Below, piece by piece: positions 45,724 to 55,598 of a stretch of 64,000 nt of DNA. The DNA is taken from positions 15,001-79,000 of the forward strand of contig JAZDMX010000014.1 in NCBI GenBank assembly GCA_043800555.1, read 5' to 3'. The DNA comes from Candidatus Omnitrophota bacterium. GTDB lineage: Bacteria; Omnitrophota; Gorgyraeia; Gygaellales; Profunditerraquicolaceae. The first letter of the stretch is position 1. Each line of letters begins with the position of its first letter. The translations under genes were made by a program, and so were the position numbers. Below the pieces are notes generated by a model. That model had not been told where the DNA came from. It did no database searches and saw nothing but the letters and a program-made list of their open reading frames with translations.

Positions 45724-47247
45724 TTATAAGCTTCTGTCTAAACTCCGGTATTGCACTGCTTCAGAGACGTGTTGCGCAAGGATTACCTCTGAACCCTCCA
45801 AATCCGCAATTGTCCTTGAGATCTTCAGTATCTTATCATATGCCCGGGCGCTAAAATTCAGTTCATGCATCGCCATCTTGAGTAATTCGTTTTCATCTTT
45901 ACCCAGGGGGCAAAACCTCCTCAATAACTTGTGGTTCATCTGGGAGTTAGAAAAAACACCCGCAAAAGACAACCGCCGCGCTTGCATCGCGCGGGCATCC
46001 TTGACCCTCGCTTTAATTGCAGCCGAAGATTCAGCGTCATTGAGGTCAACCAGTTCTTTATATTTCACCGGAGGCAATTCAATATGTATGTCTATCCTGT
46101 CTAAAAGCGGGCCGGATATTTTTCCCATATACCGGGCAATCTTATCCGGATTGCAGCGGCATACTTTACGCGGGTCAGTGTAATAGCCGCAGGGACAGGG
46201 GTTCATGGCGGCGACTAATACAAAAGAGGCGGGAAAGACCAGGGATTTAAATATCCGCGATATGCGAATCAAGCCGTCTTCAAGCGGCTGCCGCAAGGCT
46301 TCAAGGCAGTCACGCCTGAATTCCGGAAGTTCATCCAGAAAAAGCACGCCCTGATGCGCCAGGCTTATTTCTCCCGGAATCGGGATTGAGCCGCCGCCTA
46401 CCAGGGCAGCGCTGGAAATAGTATGGTGAAGGGAGCGAAACGGCCGGGTAGCCACGACCCCGTCTTGATTCGCCAGGGATCCGGCTACCGAATGGATTTT
46501 ACTTACTTCCAGCGTTTCTTCAATGGTCATCTCCGGCATAATCGTAGGTATTCTTTTGGCCAGCATAGTTTTTCCGCTTCCGGGAGGGCCGATCATCAGG
46601 ATGTTGTGCCCTCCGGCTATGGCTATTTCAAGGGCCCTTTTTGCCAGGTATTGGCCTTTTACCTCTGAGAAATCTACGTTATAGCGGCTCTTTTGGGATA
46701 AGTTTAAAGGGTCGGCTTGAAAAGGCTTGAAGTTAGCCGGGTTATTCAAGAATTCCACGCTTTCCCGTAAGGCCTTAAGGGCGAATATAGAGGCCCCGGA
46801 TACTATGGCCGCTTCTCCGGCGTTTTTTTCCGGGACTATTATCTTCTTGCAGGAGGATTTACTTACTGCCATAGCTATCGGCAGCATGCCGCGCACCGGC
46901 CTAAGAGAGCCGTCTAAGGACAATTCTCCCAAGACAAAATAATTTGATAGCCCGGAATTATTTATTTGTTCGGTAGCTGCCAGTATGCCCAGGGCTATCC
47001 CCAAGTCAAAATAAGCGCCTTCTTTTTTGATTCCGGAAGGAGCCAGGCTTATAGTGACCCTTTCAGCCGGCCAGATAAAGCCGGAGTTTTTGATCGCGCT
47101 CTTTACCCTTTCTTTGCTTTCTTTTACCGCAGAATCCGGCAGGCCCACTACGTTTACAGCCGGCAGGCCCCGGGAAACATCTACTTCGATCTCTACGGGG
47201 AAGGCTTCTATTCCGTGTATCCCAAAACTTAATACTTTAGCTAACAT
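45724..47247 (-). CDS. comM: ComM/YifB Mg-chelatase-like AAA+ ATPase
   Basis: VGLPD.AVKES.ERV, GELSLDG, GPPGSGKTM, PGEISLAH.GVLFLDELPEF, AMNPCPCG, ISGPLLDRID. Confidence 0.95.
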   Translation of the reverse strand: MLAKVLSFGIHGIEAFPVEIEVDVSRGLPAVNVVGLPDSAVKESKERVKSAIKNSGFIWPAERVTISLAPSGIKKEGAYFDLGIALGILAATEQINNSGLSNYFVLGELSLDGSLRPVRGMLPIAMAVSKSSCKKIIVPEKNAGEAAIVSGASIFALKALRESVEFLNNPANFKPFQADPLNLSQKSRYNVDFSEVKGQYLAKRALEIAIAGGHNILMIGPPGSGKTMLAKRIPTIMPEMTIEETLEVSKIHSVAGSLANQDGVVATRPFRSLHHTISSAALVGGGSIPIPGEISLAHQGVLFLDELPEFRRDCLEALRQPLEDGLIRISRIFKSLVFPASFVLVAAMNPCPCGYYTDPRKVCRCNPDKIARYMGKISGPLLDRIDIHIELPPVKYKELVDLNDAESSAAIKARVKDARAMQARRLSFAGVFSNSQMNHKLLRRFCPLGKDENELLKMAMHELNFSARAYDKILKISRTIADLEGSEVILAQHVSEAVQYRSLDRSL

Positions 47248-47352
47248 ATTCCCCCTCCTTAATTTGAGCGTAAGGCTATCCTGCCGCAGGTTAGCCAGCG
47301 CTCTTACTTAAATAGACGTAAGAAACAGCTAAATCTAACAGAGAAAGAGCCG

Positions 47353-47425
47353 AAAAGAAAATGGGGACGTTTCTACTTTTCCCGCACCTAAAGCCAGAAA
47401 AGTAGAAACGTCCCCATTTTCTTTT
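47353..47425. repeat. REP-like palindrome copy 2
   Basis: 29 bp perfect arms aaaagaaaatggggacgtttctacttttc / gaaaagtagaaacgtccccattttctttt; 22 bp identical to copy 1. Confidence 0.92.
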
Positions 47426-47491
47426 TCACCCGTTTTCTACTAACAGAGAAAAGGCTTGCAATTTGGGGCTCTGATTATATAATATTGCGTT

Positions 47492-48034
47492 ATGAGCAGG
47501 CGAATGCTGGTCAACATTCCTATTTTGCTCTTGGTAAGCGTAGTTGGCGCAATTGCCCTGAGGCATCTCTATTTCTTAAGCGAAAGAGTCCCTATTCTTG
47601 AAAATCAGGAACAAAACCTTTTGCAAGAGCTTAAGAAAGAGAAAATGGTTTCCTGGCAGCTGAATGCCGAGAACGTAACGTTAAAAGCTTATTTAAGGAG
47701 CGCCCAGAAGAGGATAAATAAATCTTTTACGGTTTTAGGCAGGCTGGAAAAAGCAGTAGAGGCAGCGGACAGGCTTAAAGCGCAGTATTCCATGCTCAAG
47801 GCTGAAAACAGCGCGCTTTTGGAAGACCGAAACAAGCTTGCCGGGAAAAACGAAGCAATAAAGGTAAAATTAGATTCCGCGCAGGAGCCTAAAGATGCGG
47901 TTAAGGAAGTAAAAAAAGAGGCTAAGCCGGGGGTTAAGGCAGAAGATAACCGGGGGGTTTTGTTTAAAGCAAAACAGCCGGCTTCCGCTTCAAGAATTAC
48001 CATAGAAGTGGTTCCTGCTGCAAGCCAAAAATAA
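47492..48034 (+). CDS. Membrane-anchored coiled-coil hypothetical protein
   Basis: N-terminal TM, heptad-rich body; promoter-like TTGCAA-16 nt-TATAAT at 47456-47483. Confidence 0.65.
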   Translation: MSRRMLVNIPILLLVSVVGAIALRHLYFLSERVPILENQEQNLLQELKKEKMVSWQLNAENVTLKAYLRSAQKRINKSFTVLGRLEKAVEAADRLKAQYSMLKAENSALLEDRNKLAGKNEAIKVKLDSAQEPKDAVKEVKKEAKPGVKAEDNRGVLFKAKQPASASRITIEVVPAASQK

Positions 48035-48480
48035 TGAAAGAGATACTGACCCAGTTATCCCAAAATAAGATTTTTCTGACGACTCTTTCAGCTTGGTTAA
48101 TTGCCCAGGTTTTAAAGGTGCTTATCGGTGTCGCGCAGAAGAAGAGGTTTGATTTTCGCTTATTCGTAGGCACGGGCGGGATGCCCTCCAGCCACGTAGC
48201 CGGGGCGGCATGCTTAGCTACCGCGATAGGCTTAGATTATGGTTTTGACAGTGTTTATTTTGCTTTGGCTGCTTCATTTGCCATTGTAGTTATGTTTGAT
48301 GCTCAAGGCGTGCGCCGGGCAACAGGTAAACAGGCGCGTATCTTAAATAAAATAACCGAGGACATTTACTGGCAGGGAAAGATTCATGACGGACGTCTGC
48401 GCGAGCTCATCGGCCATACGCCGCTTGAAGTAATCGGCGGATTTCTCGTCGGAGTGCTCATAGCGATGTTGGCGCATTAA
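48034..48480 (+). CDS. Divergent PAP2 family (DUF212) protein
   Basis: AQ.LK, TGGMPSSH, VMFDA.GVRR..G.QA, LRE.IGHTP.EV. Confidence 0.93.
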   Translation: MKEILTQLSQNKIFLTTLSAWLIAQVLKVLIGVAQKKRFDFRLFVGTGGMPSSHVAGAACLATAIGLDYGFDSVYFALAASFAIVVMFDAQGVRRATGKQARILNKITEDIYWQGKIHDGRLRELIGHTPLEVIGGFLVGVLIAMLAH

Positions 48481-48636
48481 AATAACTGAAAGCTATATGC
48501 TGGCCGGTTTCCCGCTTTTTTGCGTCCGGGGGAAAATAGTAATACTTACCGAGCGAAACCAAAAGCGTACACGTAATCCGGGATACGCAATCCAGCAATA
48601 CAATCAACGATAAGAATACAGGAAAGGAAGTGCGCA

Positions 48637-49450
48637 GTGAACAGGAAGATTTTAATAGTATCCGGCATAATACTGGCGCTTTTGTTTTTAACCGCCCTTT
48701 TTGTCCTTAAAAAAAAACAAAAGCCCTCTTACCGGGCAAAAAGACTCTTCGCAAGCGCAGGCCTTGTTAAATGAAGCAAAGACTTTGCAGGCCAAGGCAG
48801 ATTTAATGGGCGTTAAGTCCATTTATCAGAAGCTGGTGGATGATTTTCCTAATTCAGGCGATGTAATGAGCTGGCAGAAAAAGATCGATGATGTTAACAT
48901 AGCGCTTTTGTTTTCGCCTGTAATAACACCTAAGAGCGAACTCTATGAAATAAAATCCGGGGATACTTTGAATAAAATAGCCCGGGAATTCAAGACCACG
49001 GCGGATTTGATTAAAAAAAGTAATAATCTAAGCAGCGATATAATCAACGCGGGCAGGAAGATTAAGGTTTGGACTGCGCCTTTTAGCGTCCTGGTGGACA
49101 AGTCCCAGAATATCCTGATCCTGAAAAGCGATGAAGAAATAATTAAGACTTACATCGTATCAACGGGGAAAAACAATTCCACTCCCACCGGTAATTTTAA
49201 GGTTGCCTCTAAGCTGATGAACCCGACCTGGTTTAAAACCGGAGCAGTTATTCCGGCCGGCAGCCCTGAAAACGTTTTGGGCACGCGATGGTTAGGTTTG
49301 GATAAGCCTTCGTACGGTATCCATGGCACGATTGAGCCGCAAGACTTGGGAAAACAAGTTACTCAAGGCTGCGTGCGCATGGCTAATTCAGACGTAGAAG
49401 AGCTCTACGCGATTGTTCCTGTCGGGACAGAAGTAGTCATTGTAGATTAA
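48637..49450 (+). pseudogene. LysM + L,D-transpeptidase (YkuD) gene, frameshifted at an A9 run
   Basis: GTG 48637 (after AGGAAG) encodes signal anchor VNRKILIVSGIILALLFLTALFVLKK; the LysM (YEIKSGDTL..IA) and YGIHGT...QGCVRM domains are in the +1 frame after A9 at 48709-48717. Confidence 0.8.
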
Positions 49451-49510
49451 TAAGGACAGCGAACGTTTCTTGGGCCCGGATAGGGGCCCGGAAGAACAGC
49501 CGCTGCCCGC
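49449..49510. repeat. REP-like hairpin related to the 3509 element
   Basis: aataaggacagcg...ttcttgggccc-ggatag-gggcccggaa...cagccgctg. Confidence 0.6.
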
Positions 49511-49528
49511 TATAAAAAGGGCATTGTT

Positions 49529-50476
49529 ATGGCCGGATTAGATTTCGAAAAACCAATCGTTGAATTAGAGAAGAAAATACAGGAATTAAAGCATTTTGTT
49601 TCGGACAAGAAAATAGACCTTTCTTCCGAGGTTAAGCGCCTTGAGGATAAACTCGAACACCTCAAAAAAGACACCTACACTAATCTTTCCGCCTGGCAGA
49701 GGGTGCAGCTTGCCCGTCATCCCCAGAGGCCGTATACCCTAGATTATATAAACCTGATTATGTCGGATTTTATCGAACTGCACGGGGACAGGCTTTTTGG
49801 AGATGACAAAGCCATAGTTTGCGGGTTTGCTAAATTAGATAAACAAAAAATAGCGGTTATCGGCCATCAAAAAGGCAGGGATACCAAGGAAAACCTTAAG
49901 CGTAATTTTGGATGCGCCCATCCCGAAGGTTACCGAAAGGCGCTTAGGGTTATGCAATTAGCCGAAGAATTCGGTTTGCCGGTGGTAATATTTATCGATA
50001 CGCCCGGGGCATACCCGGGAATAGGCGCGGAGGAGCGTGGCCAATCGCAAGCCATCGCGCTTAATTTAAGAGAAATGGTTGCCATCGCTACTCCTATAAT
50101 TTCTATTGTAATCGGAGAGGGCGGCTCAGGAGGGGCTTTAGGCGTGGGAGTGGCCGACCGTATCTTTGTATTGGAAAATTCCTATTATTCCGTTATTTCT
50201 CCCGAAGGTTGCGCCGCGATATTGTGGAAAGACGGTTCAAAGGCGCCTCAGGCAGCAGAGGTCCTTAAGTTGACAGGGGATGATTTGCTCGGCCTTAAGA
50301 TTATTGATGAAGTTATCCTTGAGCCTTTGGGAGGGGCGCATCGCGACCCCCAAAAGACATCCCGGGGATTAAAGGAGGCCATTGCCAGGAGCCTTAACGA
50401 ATTAAAATCTCATAGCAGGGATGAACTTCTAAAATTAAGATACAAAAAATTCCGCAACATAGGCATTGTAGCATGA
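49529..50476 (+). CDS. accA: Acetyl-CoA carboxylase carboxyltransferase alpha subunit
   Basis: [53 protein letters not shown]. Confidence 0.98.
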   Translation: MAGLDFEKPIVELEKKIQELKHFVSDKKIDLSSEVKRLEDKLEHLKKDTYTNLSAWQRVQLARHPQRPYTLDYINLIMSDFIELHGDRLFGDDKAIVCGFAKLDKQKIAVIGHQKGRDTKENLKRNFGCAHPEGYRKALRVMQLAEEFGLPVVIFIDTPGAYPGIGAEERGQSQAIALNLREMVAIATPIISIVIGEGGSGGALGVGVADRIFVLENSYYSVISPEGCAAILWKDGSKAPQAAEVLKLTGDDLLGLKIIDEVILEPLGGAHRDPQKTSRGLKEAIARSLNELKSHSRDELLKLRYKKFRNIGIVA

Positions 50477-50991
50477 TTGAGCAGGAGTTATTATTATTAG
50501 GCTTACTAAAAGAAGGCCCCAAGCACGGCTACGATATTAAGACTAATATACAGCAGATCCTTTCTTTGTTCGCCGGAGTAGAATTAAAATCCATCTATTA
50601 CCCTTTGCGCATACTTGAGAAAAGAGGGTTGGTTGCCAAGCGAAGGATCAAGCCGGGCAAGAGGCCCGAGCGTATGGTTTACGCTTTAACCGCTAAGGGG
50701 CAGCAGCGTTTTAATGAGCTTTTAAATAAAAGCCTGCTTAGCCTTAAAAGGCCGCAATTTAGTTTGGATTTAAGCCTGTATTTTCTGCATTACATGAAAC
50801 CTGCGATAGCGGCCCGCCGTTTACGCGCCAGGTTACATATGCTTAATAAGATATCCGGGGGCCTGGAGCATATGGTTAAGGCTTCATCTGAAAGTAAGGC
50901 AGCGCCCTTAAGCCGTATTCTAGAGCATAACTTCAGGTTGCTTAAGGCAGAATCCCGCTATATCCTGCGGTTGATTAATACTTTGCGGTAA
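50473..50991 (+). CDS. PadR-family transcriptional regulator
   Basis: LLGLL..GP.HGYDI, SIY..L..LEK.GLV, P.R.VY.LT.KG. Confidence 0.93.
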   Translation: MIEQELLLLGLLKEGPKHGYDIKTNIQQILSLFAGVELKSIYYPLRILEKRGLVAKRRIKPGKRPERMVYALTAKGQQRFNELLNKSLLSLKRPQFSLDLSLYFLHYMKPAIAARRLRARLHMLNKISGGLEHMVKASSESKAAPLSRILEHNFRLLKAESRYILRLINTLR

Positions 50992-50997
50992 TTTTAC

Positions 50998-51058
50998 TTG
51001 ACAGCCCGGCTGTAATTTCATAAAATATGAGTAAATTTAAATAGTAAAATTTTACTAT
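50998..51058 (+). promoter_or_regulatory. Promoter with perfect 18 bp palindromic operator, heading the PKS operon
   Basis: TTGACA-17 nt-TAAAAT (50998-51026); ATAGTAAAATTTTACTAT at 51041-51058. Confidence 0.75.
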
Positions 51059-51122
51059 ATACGCAGTAAGCCAAGCGCCTTCCGGCAGCTAGGCCTTAGC
51101 TATGACAAAAGGGATTTGATAT

Positions 51123-51380
51123 ATGGATTGGGATAAGGCTACGCAGAATAAGTTTCAGGTTGTGGTTACCAAGATACCTGTTTTCCATCGTCATATTACG
51201 GAAGAGGCGGTCACTAAAGGTTCGCAGGAGTATGCCCGGAAACGAGGCGCTGCTAAGGTCGAAGAAGTGGACGTGATTAGCGCTTTTTTCTCGGATGTCC
51301 CGGCTGCTTTCTATAGTATGATGGTCAGGCTCCTGGAGCAGAACGGGTTTGATTATAAGAAATACGGTTTTCCTAAATAG
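51123..51380 (+). CDS. Small PCP_red/DUF2621-like helical protein
   Basis: MDWD...KIP.FHR...A...A..RG...V...DV pattern. Confidence 0.65.
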   Translation: MDWDKATQNKFQVVVTKIPVFHRHITEEAVTKGSQEYARKRGAAKVEEVDVISAFFSDVPAAFYSMMVRLLEQNGFDYKKYGFPK

Positions 51381-51428
51381 CGATGGCCCTGCTTGCCATG
51401 CTGACATGACCGTACCCGGGAAAAGTTG

Positions 51429-52433
51429 ATGAGAATAGCAGTCATTGGCGCAGGCGCCATAGGGAACCTGATTGCCGGCTACCTGAAATTAAAGGGCGAG
51501 GATGTCTATCTGGTGGGCCGCGGGGAAGCGCTCCAGGCTATCTCAAATAACGGTTTGAAGATTAGCGGAGTGCGCGGAGACTTTAAAGTCGATATCGGCA
51601 TATACGACGCGTTGGTCTCCAATCCGGAGCTTGTAATATTAGCCACAAAGACACAGGATATAGGCCAGGCGTTAAAAGATAATCTTAACCGGATTAAAGG
51701 TTCTATTGTTTTGACTACGCAAAACGGCCTTGCCGCCGAAAGAATAGCCGCCGGGTTTCTTGCGAAAGAAAATATTTTCTCCAGTATTGTCATGTTTGGG
51801 GCTACTTGCCTGGAGGCGGGAAAAGTTATCCATAATTTTGAAGGGAGCTGGGTTTTAGGGAATTTGTTCTCTGAATCCATGGATCCGCGGTTGCTTCCTT
51901 TAAGCCTGGTTTCAGACAAGGCGTTTCCTTCGGTAATCAGCGCAGAAATCCTGGGGATGAAATACCTGAAGGTCTTTGTTAATGCCAATAACTGTATCCC
52001 GGCGATATTGGGAGTCAGTATGCAGGAAGCTTTCTTAGACCCGAAAATAAGCGGCATAAGCGTTGCGATTTGGAGAGAAGGTTTTCGGGTAATTTCAAAA
52101 GCCCGTATAAAGCTTGTTTCTTTGCCGGGTTTCCCGGTCGAAAACATAACCCGGCTTGTTGCTCTTGAGCCGGAAAAAGCGGCAGATGTTTTTTCGGGGA
52201 TTATGGGCAAGCTAAGCCGTGACCCGCTCTACGGATCCATATTGCAGAGTATTAAGAGAGGCAGGCCCTCGGAGATTGATTATATTAACGGAGAATTCGT
52301 AAGTTTAGCCCGGCGGTGTAATTTAAAGGCAGATTTGAACCAAAGGCTGGTTGAGATGGTGCATGAGGTAGAAAAGAGCAGGAGTTTTTTTACCAGGCTT
52401 GAGCTTTTGAACGCTACGCAAGGGTTTTTATAA
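51429..52433 (+). CDS. Ketopantoate reductase (PanE/ApbA) family oxidoreductase
   Basis: IGAGAIG, ATKT, QNG, K..VN...N, SILQS..RGRPSEIDYINGE. Confidence 0.88.
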   Translation: MRIAVIGAGAIGNLIAGYLKLKGEDVYLVGRGEALQAISNNGLKISGVRGDFKVDIGIYDALVSNPELVILATKTQDIGQALKDNLNRIKGSIVLTTQNGLAAERIAAGFLAKENIFSSIVMFGATCLEAGKVIHNFEGSWVLGNLFSESMDPRLLPLSLVSDKAFPSVISAEILGMKYLKVFVNANNCIPAILGVSMQEAFLDPKISGISVAIWREGFRVISKARIKLVSLPGFPVENITRLVALEPEKAADVFSGIMGKLSRDPLYGSILQSIKRGRPSEIDYINGEFVSLARRCNLKADLNQRLVEMVHEVEKSRSFFTRLELLNATQGFL

Positions 52434-52499
52434 ATTAATCACGCGTAATGATAGCGGGAGTTTAAACACCCTCTCTGGCTAAAATAGGATTAAATATAT

Positions 52500-53090
52500 A
52501 TGGTAGATACGCCTTTCCCGAAATTAAAACTCACGGTCACAGGAGTATTTGGCGACTGTTACCACGGGTATAAATCCGGGGATGAGATGATTCTGGAAGA
52601 TTTTACCCATCCGCCCAAGCACTTTTGCCTGGGGCTGGCGCATGCGCTATTTCCGGTAATCTATGCTTTAAGTTTCGGCGCGAAATTCGGTTTCCGCGAT
52701 AATCAGCGTTCGCTTCTGGTGACTTGTCCCGATGGAGGAAAGTTAGAGTTTAAGGCGGAGATCTTGGATAAGGCAGGTAAGGTAGAGGTTCTCTCCAAGG
52801 ATCCGGCCCATAAATTTAATCCCAAAAAGATGGCTATTGAAGTAGTCAAAGCCAAAGGCAAGTGTACTTTTGGGTATAAGGTTGGAGATAAATGGGAGAC
52901 CCTGGGGTTAAAATGCATCCCGGGTTTTTGCGGGGCGGCGTTTCATACCGCGTTTCCAGCGCTGTTTGCCTTGAATTTCGGGGCAAAGTTTTTATTTATG
53001 GATGACCCGGATTCGATCGACACCGTAACCTGCCCCGACGGCGGGAATATCGTGTTTAAAGTTAGCCGGTTAGAAGGGGAGAAAAAATAA
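52500..53090 (+). CDS. TIGR04076-like protein with two tandem Cys-containing domains
   Basis: Two repeats of G.C..GYK.GD...FC....H..FP...AL.FGAKF...VTCPDGG. Confidence 0.8.
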   Translation: MVDTPFPKLKLTVTGVFGDCYHGYKSGDEMILEDFTHPPKHFCLGLAHALFPVIYALSFGAKFGFRDNQRSLLVTCPDGGKLEFKAEILDKAGKVEVLSKDPAHKFNPKKMAIEVVKAKGKCTFGYKVGDKWETLGLKCIPGFCGAAFHTAFPALFALNFGAKFLFMDDPDSIDTVTCPDGGNIVFKVSRLEGEKK

Positions 53091-53093
53091 TTC

Positions 53094-54356
53094 ATGAATA
53101 AGCGCAGAGTAGTGATTACTGGGATCGGGGTAATTTCACCTAATGGTATAGGCAAGGATAAGGTTTATCGGGCGATGTGCGATGGCGTTTCCGGAATAAA
53201 GCGGGTAGACGGTTTTGATGTTTCGGTATTTAATACCAAGATTGCCGCGGAGGTGCGCGACTTCGATCCCTTTAAGTTCGGGCTTACCCACCAGGAAGCT
53301 GTGCGTATGGATAGATATGTGCAGTTTGGGGTGGTTGCCGGAAACATGGCGGTTAAGGACAGCGGTTTGGATTTTTCCAAAGTCGACCCCGGGCGTGTGG
53401 GAGTTTGCCTTGCCAATGCTATTTGCGGGACCAAATATATGGAAGAGGAATTTGCCCTGGTAACTGATGACGGGAAAAACCCGATTGACCCCTTAAAAGT
53501 AAGGCCAGATCTTTATGATGCCGCGATGTTTAATACGCCTTCCATAGAGCTATCTTCGAAATATCATTTGAATGGAATCTGCAATACCCTTTCTACGGGT
53601 TGCACAGCCGGGACAGATTCTTTGGGGTTTGGTCTAGAAGCGATCCAAGACGCAGAGCAGGATATCATGATTTGCGGGGCGGCAGAAGCCCCGATTACGC
53701 CGATTACTTTTGGCGCTTTTGACGTGGTAAATGTTTTATCGGTCCGCAACGATAACCCCGAGGCATCTTCACGGCCGTTTGATAACAAGCGTGACGGGTT
53801 TGTCCTAAGCGAGGGAGCCGGAATCGTGATCCTGGAGGAATTAAATCACGCTTTAAAGCGCAATGCCCGCATCTATTGCGAAGTTTTGGGTTTTGGCACC
53901 AGTTGCAACGCTTTTCATATGACTGATCTTCCGGGTGACGGACAGGCCATGACCACTTGTATAGTTTTAGCCATAAAAGACTCCGGGATCAAACCGCAGG
54001 AAATCGATTATATCAGCGCCCACGGCTCAAGCACGAGAATGAATGATATATTCGAAACCAACTCCTATAAGGCGGTTTTCGGGGATTACGCGTATAAGCT
54101 TCCTATAAGTTCGCTTAAGTCTATGATCGGCCATCCATTGGCCGCCTCCAACGCCATTGAGGTCACTGTTTGTTCCCTGATTTTCGAAAAGAACATCCTT
54201 CCTCCGACAATAAATCAAGAAGAGAAAGACCCTTTGTGCGATTTGAATTACGTCCCTAACCAAGCCATTACCAAGAAAGTAGATACGATCATTAAGACTA
54301 GTTCGGGTTTCTCCGGGATCCATTCTTCGCTGATCTTAAGGAGATATAATGGATAA
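53094..54356 (+). CDS. Type II PKS ketosynthase alpha
   Basis: RRVVITGIG, MEEEFALVTDDG, LSTGCTAG (catalytic Cys), RNDNPE.SSRPFD, AHGSST..ND, KSMIGHPL. Confidence 0.92.
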   Translation: MNKRRVVITGIGVISPNGIGKDKVYRAMCDGVSGIKRVDGFDVSVFNTKIAAEVRDFDPFKFGLTHQEAVRMDRYVQFGVVAGNMAVKDSGLDFSKVDPGRVGVCLANAICGTKYMEEEFALVTDDGKNPIDPLKVRPDLYDAAMFNTPSIELSSKYHLNGICNTLSTGCTAGTDSLGFGLEAIQDAEQDIMICGAAEAPITPITFGAFDVVNVLSVRNDNPEASSRPFDNKRDGFVLSEGAGIVILEELNHALKRNARIYCEVLGFGTSCNAFHMTDLPGDGQAMTTCIVLAIKDSGIKPQEIDYISAHGSSTRMNDIFETNSYKAVFGDYAYKLPISSLKSMIGHPLAASNAIEVTVCSLIFEKNILPPTINQEEKDPLCDLNYVPNQAITKKVDTIIKTSSGFSGIHSSLILRRYNG

Positions 54357-55578
54357 AATAGCGATTACGGGCATTGGCATTGTCAGCCCTTCGGGAATAA
54401 ATAAGCGCCAGTTCTGGGCAAATATAAAAAGCGGGCGTTCTTTTATCAAAGAGATTACCCGCTTTGACGCTTCCAAATACCCCTCGCGCATCGCCGGGCA
54501 AATCGACGAGTTGAATAAATACAGCAACATATCCGAGCGTTTGCTTAAAAAGATAGATACGTTTTCACACATGGCCTTGATTGCTTCAGATCTTGCCTTG
54601 CAGGATTCCGGTATCGACATAAAGAATGAGGACCCCAATTTAGTCGGCATATTCTTAGGCAATGCTATCGGCGGCTGGCTTTATGCGGAAACCGAATTAC
54701 GTGATTTATATATCGAAGGCCGCGAAGGCGTATCTCCCTATATGGCTTCGGCGTGGTTTCCCGCTGCCCCGCAAGGCCAGGTTTCTATTTATTACGGGAT
54801 CAAGGGATTTTCTAAGACAGTTGTCGCAGATAGGGCCAGTTCTTTAATGGCTTTAGGTTATGGCTGCAAGGTTTTAAATAAGAATAAACTGAATATGATC
54901 CTGGCCGGAGGGATGGAAGCGCCGGTTACCCCTTATGCGCTTTTGTGCTGCAGCACCTACGGGGCCTTATCAAAGAATAATTCCAGCCCCCAGGAAGCTT
55001 ACAGGCCGTTTGACAGCAAGCGCGATGGTTGTGTAATCGGCGAAGGCGCAGGGATTGTGGTTATGGAGAGCATCGAGCGGGCCAGTAAAAGAGGCGTAAG
55101 GCCTTTAGCTTATATTTCCGGTTACGCCACTAACTGCGATGGAGTCGACCGGATTAATTGCGCCAGCGACGGTAAAGAACTAGCCAGGGCCATTAAATTA
55201 GCTCTTGCCGAAGCTAAAACCAATATCGATGAAATTGATTACATTAGTTTGGACGGCTTGGGGTTAAGTTTATGGGATGACTCTGAACTCCAGGCGGTTA
55301 AAAGCGTTTTTGCCAATAGGGCCAAGGATATCCCGGTAAGTTGCCCTAAATCAATGTTCGGGAATTTGTTGGGAGCTTCGGGCGCAGTGGATATGATCGC
55401 TGCTGTTCTGACGATGGAGCATAATTTAGTCCCGGTTACTTTAAATTTGGATGAGCCGGCAGTTAAAGGGCTCAATTATGTTACTAAGGAAGCCAAAGAA
55501 TACAAAATCAAAAAGGCCCTGGTTATTTCACGCGGAAGAGGGGGGATTAATTCGGTCTTGGTGGTTGAGAAACCGTAA
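54349..55578 (+). CDS. Type II PKS chain-length factor (KS beta)
   Basis: GGWLYAETELRDLY.EG..GVSPY...AWFPAAPQGQVSI; no catalytic Cys/His (VVADRASS, SLDG, KSMFGNL); overlaps the KS-alpha stop. Confidence 0.92.
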   Translation: MDKIAITGIGIVSPSGINKRQFWANIKSGRSFIKEITRFDASKYPSRIAGQIDELNKYSNISERLLKKIDTFSHMALIASDLALQDSGIDIKNEDPNLVGIFLGNAIGGWLYAETELRDLYIEGREGVSPYMASAWFPAAPQGQVSIYYGIKGFSKTVVADRASSLMALGYGCKVLNKNKLNMILAGGMEAPVTPYALLCCSTYGALSKNNSSPQEAYRPFDSKRDGCVIGEGAGIVVMESIERASKRGVRPLAYISGYATNCDGVDRINCASDGKELARAIKLALAEAKTNIDEIDYISLDGLGLSLWDDSELQAVKSVFANRAKDIPVSCPKSMFGNLLGASGAVDMIAAVLTMEHNLVPVTLNLDEPAVKGLNYVTKEAKEYKIKKALVISRGRGGINSVLVVEKP

Positions 55579-55598
55579 AATTTAGCAAATCCCCACAA

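Noticed and set aside
51380-51420. gcgatgg...gctgacatgaccgtac, faintly like a fluoride riboswitch
   Set aside because: Pseudoknot pairings cannot be formed and the context (before a PanE-like gene) does not fit.
53094-55578. Interpretation as tandem fabF genes or a ladderane/aryl-polyene cluster
   Set aside because: The second KS lacks catalytic residues and has the CLF-type AWF...GQVSI motif; aromatase and cyclase genes are adjacent.
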